A stretch of 64,000 bases of DNA from positions 3,040,001 through 3,104,000 of the forward strand of contig OZ242318.1 of the NCBI GenBank assembly GCA_965208105.1, written 5' to 3'. The translations under genes and the position numbers were made by a program. Shown one piece after another: positions 9,641-19,495 of the stretch (position 1 is its first letter; the number at the start of each line of letters is the position of its first letter). The notes below the pieces were generated by a model. The model searched no databases and had not been told where the DNA came from. It saw only the letters and a program-made list of their open reading frames with translations. Origin of the DNA: Candidatus Latescibacterota bacterium. Lineage in GTDB: Bacteria > Latescibacterota > UBA2968 > UBA8231.

Positions 9641-11812
9641 TCAATGCCTTCTTGCAGCACCGCAAAGCCGGGTCCATGCGCTCAACCTTCCGGAAAATTC
9701 CGCGAAGTAGGACTTGCAGGACTCGAGAGTTTCTCCCACAAGCAGAGCGCTGGCAAAGGCACGTGCCTGGAATGGGTCCGTGGTGAACAGGACCCCCTTT
9801 GAGAGTTGATTGCCTTCCATCTCAGGCGGATAGCGGTTTTCCATGTACTCGGCAAAGGCGCCTATATCCCTGAAGCCAGCGGCGCAGATGTCCTTCCCGC
9901 TGAGGATGATCCACACTGCGGTGCGCGCTGAGTTCACTCTATGGGACAAATGCAGTGCTACCCGGCCCATGGTGAAGCGAGGATTGATTTCAACAATGGG
10001 CTTGAGCCGCAGCCGCCTCCCGTCGAAATAGACCAGGGCGTCGACCCCCACGGGACCAACATACCCGGCGCCCCCCATGCAGGCGGCGGTATGGTCGGCC
10101 AGGCGTTCGGTCAACTCCTTCAGGCGATGACTGTCCCGGCCGTTGGCGTAGAGGAATTTCCTGGACTCGACATCAAGTCCCGCCGCCATGCGCGAGACGA
10201 CCGAGCCAAGGTACTGACCCCTCCGGTCGGTGAAATAGTAACTCCAGCCTGCAGCCTGAGCGGAGCCAGGCGCTTTGATGTCCAACTGCAAAGACAGGTC
10301 AAAGACTTTGTTGAGCCAGGGTTCCACCACCACGCCTCCCTGCCTTTCCAGAATATTCCGCAACCAGTTGGCCTGGGAATGCCGCATTCGTCCTTCTGTG
10401 ACGCGAATCTGGTTCTGTCCGGAAGCTCCGAAGTTGGCCTTGATGACCACCTCCCTGCTTCCTTCGGCGTGCAGTTTTTCCACATGGTCGACGGCGCCTT
10501 CCAGGTTTGTGCACGCCTCGCCAACCGTCCATTCGTCACAAAGCCAGTCTTCATCGGCTCGATGGGCGTGCAGGAACCGGCGCAGTACTTCCGCGCTCCA
10601 TGCCTTGGAGTAAAGCTGGCGTATCTCGTGGTTCCAGTGCTCGGCCTCCCTCGCAACCTTGTCCGGCGGCAGATTTCCAGCCAGTGGGGCCAAAAAGCGG
10701 AGGCTGTCCGGACTCCAGCCCCATGGATGCAAGCTGCCGATCTTGCGGCCGGCAACCTCGAGGTCCTCCAGCCTTTTATCCCCGAATTCGGCGAATTCCG
10801 GAATGTAGAATCCGGCGCGCAGCATCTTGCGCAAAAACCCCGACGAAGGACGCCTCTCCACCAGCACCAGGTCGTCCGCTGCACACCAGAGCATGGGCAG
10901 AGCCGTAAGATCTTCGGCCAACTGACGCCGAAGCCTGGTCGGTGTCCATCCAGTCCTGTTGAAGGCAGCCTGGCCTTCGCAGTTGGGATTGAACCAGTAG
11001 ACGCCGGGACAGCGTCCTCTGGAGCGGGTATGGAGTTCCAGCTCGTCGACAAATTCGGCGGACAGGCCTGCCTTGCGCCGGCCTTCGCGGTTGAAACCGA
11101 TGCCCTTGGCGCGGCTGGGGGTCAGGGGCATCCTCAGGGCGCGATTATAGGCATCCCACTCGGATAGTTCCGGGTTGCGCCAGCGGTTGAACCACAACAG
11201 GCCGTGCCTGACATGGCCGATCTCGTCCTGGTAGATGTTCTGCAGGAGGCAGGCCGTCTTGCCGTCGCCCGAGAGCTGGTAGGCGTGGGCGAAATGCAGG
11301 GAGTAGTCCAAATTGGCCTGCTCCAGGGTGAGGCTCAGACGGGCAACGAAGTCGAAGGGGGTCTCCATGGAGGAAATGCTCTTCCAGAAGAAATCGCTGA
11401 CCGGAATCTCGCCGAATTCCACCCCGATCTCCTGCATGCGGGTGCAGTAGAGCCTCAGGTGGTTTTGCTCGTCTATCAAGGTTCCAACCAGGCCGCGGCG
11501 AAACTTTGCCGGGGCTGCGGGGAACTTGAGCAGGGCCAGGGCGATCAGCTCCAGCGCCAGAAGTTCGTGGTTGGCGAAGAAGTGCAGTGCCAGGCCTCGT
11601 TCCCTCTCGGTCCGCAAGGTCCTTACATCCGAGAAGCGCAGCTTTTGGCGGCGATGCCAGCCGTCGAGGGAAAGTCCCTGCGGACGGCCGGGACAGGGAG
11701 GAGTGGCAATGGCCTCACCCGGCTCGTTATCCTCGATGCGGTCCCGTTCGAGCAGCTTTTCTTCCCAGGTAGAGCCGAAGAGGACATGCTCCGCAAGTGT
11801 CCTGATTTCCAT
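9641..11812 (-). CDS. DUF455 ferritin-like di-iron domain fused to an ATP-grasp domain
   Basis: HFFANHELLALE, DEQNH, LEQANLD, DEIGH (di-iron ligand pattern); C-terminal VIKANFGASG, VVVEPWL, GPVGVDA, VEINPRFTMG (ATP-grasp). Confidence 0.8.
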   Translation of the reverse strand: MEIRTLAEHVLFGSTWEEKLLERDRIEDNEPGEAIATPPCPGRPQGLSLDGWHRRQKLRFSDVRTLRTERERGLALHFFANHELLALELIALALLKFPAAPAKFRRGLVGTLIDEQNHLRLYCTRMQEIGVEFGEIPVSDFFWKSISSMETPFDFVARLSLTLEQANLDYSLHFAHAYQLSGDGKTACLLQNIYQDEIGHVRHGLLWFNRWRNPELSEWDAYNRALRMPLTPSRAKGIGFNREGRRKAGLSAEFVDELELHTRSRGRCPGVYWFNPNCEGQAAFNRTGWTPTRLRRQLAEDLTALPMLWCAADDLVLVERRPSSGFLRKMLRAGFYIPEFAEFGDKRLEDLEVAGRKIGSLHPWGWSPDSLRFLAPLAGNLPPDKVAREAEHWNHEIRQLYSKAWSAEVLRRFLHAHRADEDWLCDEWTVGEACTNLEGAVDHVEKLHAEGSREVVIKANFGASGQNQIRVTEGRMRHSQANWLRNILERQGGVVVEPWLNKVFDLSLQLDIKAPGSAQAAGWSYYFTDRRGQYLGSVVSRMAAGLDVESRKFLYANGRDSHRLKELTERLADHTAACMGGAGYVGPVGVDALVYFDGRRLRLKPIVEINPRFTMGRVALHLSHRVNSARTAVWIILSGKDICAAGFRDIGAFAEYMENRYPPEMEGNQLSKGVLFTTDPFQARAFASALLVGETLESCKSYFAEFSGRLSAWTRLCGAARRH

Positions 11813-11861
11813 AGTCGCAACTCAAAGATCCCGAAGGGGTGCCGCCCGTTTCTCACACCGG

Positions 11862-11882
11862 GGGGCATGGAGATCATGCCCC
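11862..11882 (-). terminator. GC hairpin just after the mtnP stop (weak terminator or mRNA stabiliser)
   Basis: GGGGCATG/CATGCCCC 8-bp stem, 5-nt loop; no U-tract. Confidence 0.3.
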
Positions 11883-11886
11883 TGCC

Positions 11887-12780
11887 TCAAGGCTTCTCCC
11901 GGCTGAAGTAAGGCCCGTACAGGACTCCAAGTCTCTCCTTGATTTCATCGGTGATGAATTCCTCCGCGGTAATTATGGCATCGCGGGCGGCCCGCAAACA
12001 TTCGCAGTCGGACTCTCGAGGCAGCATGCGGGAAACCGTGCGGACAACCTGGTTGGCCTTGCGGGCGTTGCTTTTCAGAACTTCGAGCACCGATCCTATG
12101 GAAACGTCTTCCTCGCCATCATGCCAGCAGTCGTAGTCGGTGCTCATCGCCAACATCGCATAACACATTTCCGCCTCTCGGGCCAATTTGGCTTCGGGAA
12201 GGGCGGTCATGCCTATGACCGTGGCGTTGACAGCCTGCCGATAGAACTGCGATTCTGCCCGTGTCGAAAATTGGGGCCCTTCCATGCAAACGTAGGTACC
12301 GCCCTCGTGTGTCCTTCCATCTACCATCTTCGCCGCCTCGGTTACCAGCTGTCGAAGCTCGTGACAAAAGGGGTCGGCAAAGCTCATGTGGCCAACGATG
12401 CCCTCCCCGAAAAAAGTGGAGGCACGAACACCGCGGGTGCGATCAAAGATCTGGTCCGGAACCACCATGTCTCCGGGGAATATGTGCTCTTGCATGCTGC
12501 CGACCACACTTATGGCCAGAACATGCGTCACTCCGAGCTGCTTCAAAGCATGGATATTCGCCCGAGCATTCACCTCGGAGGGCAGAAGGCGGTGTCCGCG
12601 TCCGTGCCGGGGCAAAAACATCACCATGCGGTCACCGATGCTGGTCTCTGCCACCCTGTCCGAAGGCGGACCGAAAGGAGTTTCGAGGTTGTGCTCAGCG
12701 GCCACCTGTACGCCTTCCATTTCATAAATACCGGAACCGCCGATTACTCCCAGAATCACCGATTTCTTTTCTTCCACCAT
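11887..12780 (-). CDS. mtnP: S-methyl-5'-thioadenosine phosphorylase
   Basis: GVIGGSGIY, TPFGPPSD, FLPRHGRGH, MEGPQFSTRAES, GMTALPEAKLAREAE, TDYDCW. Confidence 0.95.
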   Translation of the reverse strand: MVEEKKSVILGVIGGSGIYEMEGVQVAAEHNLETPFGPPSDRVAETSIGDRMVMFLPRHGRGHRLLPSEVNARANIHALKQLGVTHVLAISVVGSMQEHIFPGDMVVPDQIFDRTRGVRASTFFGEGIVGHMSFADPFCHELRQLVTEAAKMVDGRTHEGGTYVCMEGPQFSTRAESQFYRQAVNATVIGMTALPEAKLAREAEMCYAMLAMSTDYDCWHDGEEDVSIGSVLEVLKSNARKANQVVRTVSRMLPRESDCECLRAARDAIITAEEFITDEIKERLGVLYGPYFSREKP

Positions 12781-12876
12781 TCATTCCTTTGCCGACGACA
12801 GGGGTGTTTTGGACCCGGAGGAAATGCACAATAAGATAAGGTGTCGTATCTTACCAGTCCATCAATGATTCCCGCT

Positions 12877-15234
12877 ATGCAGACGCCTCATTTCAAAATT
12901 TCCGTCCGATCCCTGGTGGACTTCGCTCTGCGCTCAGGTGATCTTTCCCGCGCCGGACCCTTGGGCAGGGACCGTGCAGCCGAGGGAGTTCGAGCCCATC
13001 AGGAAGTACAGCGAGGGCGTCCTCCCGCCTACCAGACCGAGGTCCCCGTTACATACCTGATCGAAGAGGATGCATTCTCCATTGAAATCGGTGGCCGGGT
13101 CGACGGACTCCTGGTCGAAGAAAAGATGGTCCTGGTTGAAGAGATCAAGACTACGCATACTCCATTCGATCCCCGGCATCCGGACAACCCACTGCACTGG
13201 GCCCAGGCGCAAACCTACGCATACATCCTGGCGGAACAGAACGACTTCCGGGAAGTCCAGGTCCAGCTTACCTACGTGCAGTTGGACGAGTGGAAGCTCC
13301 ACGAGGACCGCCGCACTTTCACCTTCGCGGAGCTCTCGGAATTCTTTGGCAATCTGATCGCGGTTTATCTCCGGTGGACACAAATCTATTGCAGGTGGCG
13401 CGAGGTGCGCGACCAGTCCATTGCATCCCTTGAATTTCCATTTCCTTCGTACCGCAAGGGGCAGCGCCGGTTCATTCTGGCTGCATACCGATCCATCCTG
13501 GGTGGAGGCAGGCTTTTTGCCCAGGCTCCCGCCGGTATCGGCAAGACCATCTCCGCCGTCTTTCCGGCGATCAAGGCAATGGGAAGAGGCCACCTGGAGA
13601 AGATCTTCTACCTCACCGCCAAAACCAGCGGCCGCATGGCCGTAGAGAAATGTCTCGACGACATGCGAGGCCATGGAATGAAACTCAAGAGCCTGACCCT
13701 GACCGCCCGGGACAAAATCTGTTTCAACCCAAGCGGCCTCCAATCCTGCGATCCGGATCACTGCGAGTACGCAATCGGCTACTTCGACCGCATCAACGCG
13801 GCCATTGAAGAGATTTTTCGGCAGGACGCGTTTACTCGCACCGCCGTGGAGGCTGTCGCTTCCAAGCACAAGGTGTGCCCCTTTGAATTTTCTCTCGATC
13901 TATCCTTGTGGGCTGACATAATCATATGTGACTACAACTACGTATTCGATCCCAGGGTCTTCCTGAAGCGGTTCTTCCTCGACAGGTCCGGCAACTACGC
14001 CCTCCTGGTCGACGAAGCTCACAACCTGGTGGACCGGGCACGCGCGATGTTCTCCGCCGACCTCTGCAGGCAGGATGTCCTGGACCTCGAACGCGTCGTT
14101 GAAAGAGACAATCCCGACCTGGCCCATACCCTCCAGGCAATCAACGCATCCATTCTGGAATTTCGCGAACGGTGCAAATCACAAGGGATAGTTGCAGGCG
14201 GGGAATGCCTGGATCGGTTCAGGGACTTGACCCCTTTGCTGCAGGAATTTCTCGACCAGGCCGGGGGAAAAAACCAAGGCAATGTATTGGCGCCTCACAG
14301 GGAAGAGATGACCGACTTCTATTTTAAGGTCATGGCCTTTCAGCGCACCGTGGATTTAATCGACGAGCACTTCACTGCCTACGTCGAAAACGAGGGTAAT
14401 GACGTGCGCCTGCGAATTCTCTGCCTCGATCCTTCTCATGAAATTCGCTCTGCCCTTGCACGCGGGATGACGGCGCTCTTTTTCTCCGCAACCCTGACCC
14501 CGCTACCGTATTTCCGCGACCTCCTTGGAGGGGAAGAAGGGGATCCCCTCCTGAGCCTGGAGTCCCCGTTCCCTCACCGGAATCTGCATGTCCTCGTCGC
14601 CGATCACATCGACACCACCTACAAAAGGAGGGAATTCACCTATGACGACGTATCTGCCTGCATAGCGGCAACGACCGACCGGAGGTGCGGAAATTACCTG
14701 GCGTTCTTCCCTTCCTACCGCTACATGGAAGCGGTGGCCGAGCGCTTCCAGAGGGCTCAGCCCGGGGTCGAGACAATTGTGCAAAGATCGGGAATGTCCG
14801 AACCCGAGCGCGAAGAATTTCTCCAGTTCTTTGAGCCAGGCAACCGAAAAACCATGGTGGGCTTCGCCGTTCTGGGCGGAATATTCGGTGAAGGGGTCGA
14901 CCTGGTTGGCGAGCGTCTGGTTGGTGCCGTTATTGTGGGAGTGGGACTGCCGCAGATTTGCCTGGAGAGAAACCTGATCCGCAGCTACTACGATCAGGCC
15001 GATCTGCCCGGGTTCGAATACGCGTATACATACCCGGGCATGAACCGGGTTCTGCAAGCGGCCGGCCGGGTTATCCGGACGGCCAACGATCGAGGAGTGG
15101 TCCTCCTGATAGACAGCAGGTTCGGCCAGCAACGGTATCGGCGCATGTTCCCCGCCTGGTGGTATCCCTGCAGGATCACCAGTCCAGGGGACATCCAGGT
15201 GGAAACCGGGGAGTTTTGGAAAGAAGAGGGCTGA
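12877..15234 (+). CDS. DinG/XPD (Rad3)-family Fe-S DNA helicase with N-terminal PD-(D/E)xK nuclease domain
   Basis: GRVDG..EEIKT nuclease motif; Q-motif YRKGQ; APAGIGKT; four Cys (KICFNP..SCDPDHCEY..VCPFE); DEAHN; FSATL; FFPSY; QAAGRVIR. Confidence 0.9.
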   Translation: MQTPHFKISVRSLVDFALRSGDLSRAGPLGRDRAAEGVRAHQEVQRGRPPAYQTEVPVTYLIEEDAFSIEIGGRVDGLLVEEKMVLVEEIKTTHTPFDPRHPDNPLHWAQAQTYAYILAEQNDFREVQVQLTYVQLDEWKLHEDRRTFTFAELSEFFGNLIAVYLRWTQIYCRWREVRDQSIASLEFPFPSYRKGQRRFILAAYRSILGGGRLFAQAPAGIGKTISAVFPAIKAMGRGHLEKIFYLTAKTSGRMAVEKCLDDMRGHGMKLKSLTLTARDKICFNPSGLQSCDPDHCEYAIGYFDRINAAIEEIFRQDAFTRTAVEAVASKHKVCPFEFSLDLSLWADIIICDYNYVFDPRVFLKRFFLDRSGNYALLVDEAHNLVDRARAMFSADLCRQDVLDLERVVERDNPDLAHTLQAINASILEFRERCKSQGIVAGGECLDRFRDLTPLLQEFLDQAGGKNQGNVLAPHREEMTDFYFKVMAFQRTVDLIDEHFTAYVENEGNDVRLRILCLDPSHEIRSALARGMTALFFSATLTPLPYFRDLLGGEEGDPLLSLESPFPHRNLHVLVADHIDTTYKRREFTYDDVSACIAATTDRRCGNYLAFFPSYRYMEAVAERFQRAQPGVETIVQRSGMSEPEREEFLQFFEPGNRKTMVGFAVLGGIFGEGVDLVGERLVGAVIVGVGLPQICLERNLIRSYYDQADLPGFEYAYTYPGMNRVLQAAGRVIRTANDRGVVLLIDSRFGQQRYRRMFPAWWYPCRITSPGDIQVETGEFWKEEG

Positions 15235-15376
15235 CCTTCGGATTATTCCGGGAAGGCCGTCCGGCGGAAGAGGAATTGTTTCGTTCTTTCCAAGGCCTCA
15301 TTTTTTCATCGTCAAATTTTTCTGTTTCTCGTCCACATGATTTTTCAGCTGAACTGTCGTATTTGGAGGAGCGTAG

Positions 15377-16222
15377 ATGGAATGGGGTGAATTTGAACTG
15401 TTCCTGGTGAGCGATGGGACCTTTCGCCTGGACGGAGGGGCCATTTTTGGCACCATACCCAAGGTGCTGTGGGAGAAGACCAATCCAGCCGACCAGCGGA
15501 ATCGCATCTTGATGGGGCTCAACTGCCTGCTGATTCGCACGAGCCGGGAGACCATCCTGGTGGATACCGGCCTCGGTACAATCTACGATGAAAAGTTTTC
15601 ATTCCTCTACGATGTCGACCAGTCCAAGGCCAACCTGCTGAGCAGCCTGTCGGCGGCGGGGGTGAGTGCGGCGGAGGTCACCAAGGTGGTATTGACTCAT
15701 CTGCATTTCGATCACAGCGGCGGTACCTGCATGGAAGACCGCGACGGCCAGATAGTTCCGACCTTCCCGAACGCTTCCTACTATATCAATCGCGGTGAGC
15801 TGTCCTGTGCCAGGAATCCGGACCCGCGCAGCAGGCCGAGCTACCTGCGTCATAACTGGGAACCGCTCGAGCGCAGAGGCCAGGTAGTACTCACCGCGGG
15901 AGACCAGGAGATCGAACCCGGCGTAACCTTGAAGGTCACCCCGGGACATACCCGGAACCACCAGTGTGTCATGGTAAGGTCGGGAGACTCGACAGCGTGT
16001 TTCCTTGCCGACCTCGTGCCTACCCCGTCGCATCTGAAGACGCACTATGTAATGGGTTTCGACCTGTTTCCCCAGTCCACCATGAAAAGCAAGGAGAGGA
16101 TATTGAAACAAGCCCGGAGAGAAAACTGGCTGCTCATTTTTGAACATGCTCCTGACATCAGCGCAGGCTACCTGACTCCGGAACTGGGGATCGAGCCGGT
16201 TGAACTGGCTCCCCGCCGTTGA
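15377..16222 (+). CDS. metallo-beta-lactamase fold hydrolase (YtnP/AHL-lactonase-like)
   Basis: LDGGAIFG, THLHFDH (HxHxDH), TPGHT, ADL, FEH; GGAGGA SD. Confidence 0.9.
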   Translation: MEWGEFELFLVSDGTFRLDGGAIFGTIPKVLWEKTNPADQRNRILMGLNCLLIRTSRETILVDTGLGTIYDEKFSFLYDVDQSKANLLSSLSAAGVSAAEVTKVVLTHLHFDHSGGTCMEDRDGQIVPTFPNASYYINRGELSCARNPDPRSRPSYLRHNWEPLERRGQVVLTAGDQEIEPGVTLKVTPGHTRNHQCVMVRSGDSTACFLADLVPTPSHLKTHYVMGFDLFPQSTMKSKERILKQARRENWLLIFEHAPDISAGYLTPELGIEPVELAPRR

Positions 16223-16283
16223 TCTTCCGGGGAAGTGGGCAACCATTGCATAGACATCGTCCAATTGCCGGCAATAATTGAGA

Positions 16284-18014
16284 ATGAGTGAGCACCATCT
16301 CCTCATTTTCCTGCTTCAAGTCCTTCTGCTGCTCGGTCTGGCCCGCGGCTTCGGAGAAATCTTGCGCCGCCACGGCCATCCCCCCCTCGTCGGCGAGATC
16401 CTCATCGGCGTCTTCCTGGGACCTACTCTCCTGGGCAGGTTCCTTCCACAGGTTCAGAATTTCCTCTTTCCTCCTGACCCCATTCAGTGGGCAATGCTCG
16501 AAACGGTGTCCTGGTTCGGCGTGCTCTTCCTGTTGCTGGAGACCGGCCTTGAAGTAGATGTGTCTGCGGCCTGGCGCCAGCGCGGCCCGGCGCTGAGGAT
16601 CGGGATCATCGGGGTGATAATACCCCTGGTCCTGGGTTTCCTTCTCTCCTACCTGCTCCCCGACCGCTATCTCGCCGATCCGGATCAGCGGTTGATCTTC
16701 GCCCTGTTTCTGGGCACCACCATGGCCATAAGTGCCATGGTAATCATCGCCCGCGTGCTCCACGACCTGGATCTGGTAAAAAGCGATCTTGGACTCGTGA
16801 CCCTTTGCGGCTATGCGATAAATGACATCCTCGCCTGGGTGGTCTTCAGCCTGGTGCTCGCCATGGGAACCCAGGCCGTCCTGCACCTCAGTACCGTTGG
16901 CTTCCTCCTGGTATTTACCCTGGCCTTTACCTTCCTGTGTCTCACCTTGGGTCTGCGGGTGGTGGACCGCATCATCGCCTACATCGGCATGCAATTGCCC
17001 GGACACCCCGGCGCAGTCCTCAGCTTTGTCTGCTGCCTGGGGTTGTTGTGCGGAGCAGTGACGCAATGGATCGGGCTGACCGCGCTGTTCGGCTTCTTTA
17101 TCGCCGGCATCATGGCCGGAGAAGCGCGGGCCCTTTCCGAGCGCACGCGGCAGATAATCAGTCAGATGGTCCATGCCATCTTCGTTCCTCTCTACTTTGC
17201 CGGGATTGGCCTGCGACTCGATTTCCTGGCCAACTTCGATTTGCTGCTGGTGGTTTTCGTTACGGTGGTATCGATTGCCGGCAAGTTCCTCGGCGCCTGG
17301 GTCGGAGCCCTGGGACGAAGACTCTCAGGCCACGACCGGCTGTCCATCGCCATAGCTTTTACTCCGAGCGGTGTTACTGGAATCGTCGTTGCCGGAGTGG
17401 CGCTGGAGCACCAGATCCTTTCAACACCGGTGTTCGTGTCCATTGTCTTCTCGGCCATTATCTCGTCGCTGCTCGTCGCTCCGTGTTTGGCCTGGTCTAT
17501 TCGCCGGCGCCGGGAAGTGAATATCGTAGAGTTTTTCGCGCCTGGCGGGGTAATACCCGATCTGCTTGGCAGCACGCGATCAAAAGCAATCCTGGAGCTC
17601 TGTGCGGCGGGATCAGAGAGCGAAGGAATGCCCGACCTCGAGGTCCTGCATGCCGCGGTCAGCAACCGGGAACAACTGATGGGAACGGGAACGGGCAACC
17701 AGGTGGCCATGCCGCATGCTCGCCTGGAGATGCTGGATAGACCGGTCCTCGTTTTTGGCCGGTCTGCCGCCGGCATCGAGTGGAATGCCCCCGATGGCCT
17801 TCCTGTCCACCTGGTATTCCTGCTTCTCACGCCCGAGAGGGAAGAGGGATTGCAACTTCAGATACTCGCGGCACTTGCGCGCGGCATGAGCAATGCCGGA
17901 GCACGGGAGAAATTGCTGCGGGCCGAGAGCGAGGACCAGGTCTGGCATGCCCTGCAGGATGCTCTCAGTGCCCAGAATCTGGTTCGCGTAAAGGCCGGAA
18001 GCCATCCCGGGTGA
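16284..18014 (+). CDS. cation:proton antiporter (CPA2) with C-terminal PTS EIIA domain
   Basis: GEILIGVFLGPTLLG, TGLEVD, INDILAW, IAGKFLG; C-terminal REQLMGTG..VAMPHAR..WNAPDGLPVHLVFLLL. Confidence 0.9.
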   Translation: MSEHHLLIFLLQVLLLLGLARGFGEILRRHGHPPLVGEILIGVFLGPTLLGRFLPQVQNFLFPPDPIQWAMLETVSWFGVLFLLLETGLEVDVSAAWRQRGPALRIGIIGVIIPLVLGFLLSYLLPDRYLADPDQRLIFALFLGTTMAISAMVIIARVLHDLDLVKSDLGLVTLCGYAINDILAWVVFSLVLAMGTQAVLHLSTVGFLLVFTLAFTFLCLTLGLRVVDRIIAYIGMQLPGHPGAVLSFVCCLGLLCGAVTQWIGLTALFGFFIAGIMAGEARALSERTRQIISQMVHAIFVPLYFAGIGLRLDFLANFDLLLVVFVTVVSIAGKFLGAWVGALGRRLSGHDRLSIAIAFTPSGVTGIVVAGVALEHQILSTPVFVSIVFSAIISSLLVAPCLAWSIRRRREVNIVEFFAPGGVIPDLLGSTRSKAILELCAAGSESEGMPDLEVLHAAVSNREQLMGTGTGNQVAMPHARLEMLDRPVLVFGRSAAGIEWNAPDGLPVHLVFLLLTPEREEGLQLQILAALARGMSNAGAREKLLRAESEDQVWHALQDALSAQNLVRVKAGSHPG

Positions 18015-18207
18015 ACATCGCCACGGGCGGCTCTTCGAAATTGTAAAGCCGTGGTTTTTGTTGTCGGGAAGCGCGCAATTGCCGGATTGATTTTGCTTGC
18101 AAGGTCGGGAAAAATCTCTTTCCTTCTCGATGGATGGCGAATGGAGAGTCACTGAGGATGCCTCGAAGATTGGGCAGTTGAACCCACGCTTGAACTGGGG
18201 GTATGCC

Positions 18208-18885
18208 ATGGCAATTATCACCGTTTCGCGGCAGATTGGCAGCGGTGGAGATCTGATCGCCCGAAAGGTAGCCGAAAAATTGGGTTATGAGTACGTCGAC
18301 CACCGGCTGGTGAAAGAGATCGCTGAAATTACCGATACCACGCCCGATGAAGTCGAACAGTTCGACGAGAAGGCGGAGGGACGCATCCAGTTCTTTTTGA
18401 AACGCCTGCTGGTACCTGAAATCGGACCGGGAGGCTTCCCCTTGTCCTCGGCGGCTTATTTCCCCGAATTCGGGCTGGAATTTCCCTATGTAACAGAACG
18501 CGATTCCAGTGAGGAAACGTCCTACATAGACCGGGGTACTTACCAGCTGCTGATTACTACCTTGGTGCAGGAATTTGGCGACACCGGCAGCACCGTCATC
18601 GTAGGGCGCGCCAGTCAGATCATCCTGGCCGATCACTCCCAGGCTCTTCACGTCAGGATCATTGCTCCTTTCGAGACCAGGTGCGAGCGAATAATGGAGG
18701 CGCACGAGGTGGACTTTGAGAGCGCAAAAGATCTTGTGCAGCAGCACGACCGCTGGCGCAAGCTCTACTTGCGCAATTACCACAATTCTGACTGGGACGA
18801 TCCCCTACTCTACCACCTGACCATTAACTCGGGCAAACTGAAAATCGAGGACGCCGTCGATCTGATGGCGCATTTAGTCGATTAG
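18208..18885 (+). CDS. cytidylate kinase-like family protein
   Basis: IITVSRQIGSGG, VIVGRAS, HVRIIAP, WDDPLLYHLTINS. Confidence 0.85.
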   Translation: MAIITVSRQIGSGGDLIARKVAEKLGYEYVDHRLVKEIAEITDTTPDEVEQFDEKAEGRIQFFLKRLLVPEIGPGGFPLSSAAYFPEFGLEFPYVTERDSSEETSYIDRGTYQLLITTLVQEFGDTGSTVIVGRASQIILADHSQALHVRIIAPFETRCERIMEAHEVDFESAKDLVQQHDRWRKLYLRNYHNSDWDDPLLYHLTINSGKLKIEDAVDLMAHLVD

Positions 18886-18943
18886 ATCGTCAGCACGTTT
18901 CCGTTCTTTGAGTTGAGCGACGGCCACGAAGAGGAGGAACCGC

Positions 18944-19465
18944 ATGAGAACTGCAGAAGACATCATCCGGGAAAAGAACAGAGAAATTCTCTCGGTCAGC
19001 GCCGACACGCTCATCCACGAGGCGTTGCAGGTAATGGTTGAGCACAAGGTCGGTGCCATAATGATCGAGGAGAATAATAAGATAATCGGCGTCTGGACGG
19101 AGCGCGATCTCATGCGCAACACCCTTGACGAGGGGTTCGATCCGAAATCCGCAGCGGTAGGGAACTACATGGTTACCAAACTTCACTCCGCACCCCATAC
19201 CGATTCTGTTTACAACCTGATGGACAAATTTCTGGGTCTTCGCGTCCGCCACCTTCCCATCGAAAAGCATGGTGAATACATTGGCCTGCTCTCCATTGGC
19301 GATGTCATAAGGGCAAATCTCTACGAAAAGACCCGGGAACTCGAGGCCCTCAACGCCGTGGTCGGCTGGGAGTATTACGAACAGTGGAATTGGACCTCCC
19401 TGGTGCAGGCCCAGGAGCAGGCTGCCAGGGAACTGGCCCGGCCCAAGGACGAAATCACCACGTAG
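18944..19465 (+). CDS. CBS-pair protein
   Basis: VGAIMI..IGVWTERD and RVRHLPI..IGLLSIGD CBS motifs; GAGGAGG SD. Confidence 0.9.
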   Translation: MRTAEDIIREKNREILSVSADTLIHEALQVMVEHKVGAIMIEENNKIIGVWTERDLMRNTLDEGFDPKSAAVGNYMVTKLHSAPHTDSVYNLMDKFLGLRVRHLPIEKHGEYIGLLSIGDVIRANLYEKTRELEALNAVVGWEYYEQWNWTSLVQAQEQAARELARPKDEITT

Positions 19466-19495
19466 TCACGTAGTATCCAGGTACATTCTTCAATC

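Noticed and set aside
12877-13400. Cas4-like domain as a sign of CRISPR-Cas
   Set aside because: No repeat-spacer array or other cas genes; domain is part of a helicase fusion
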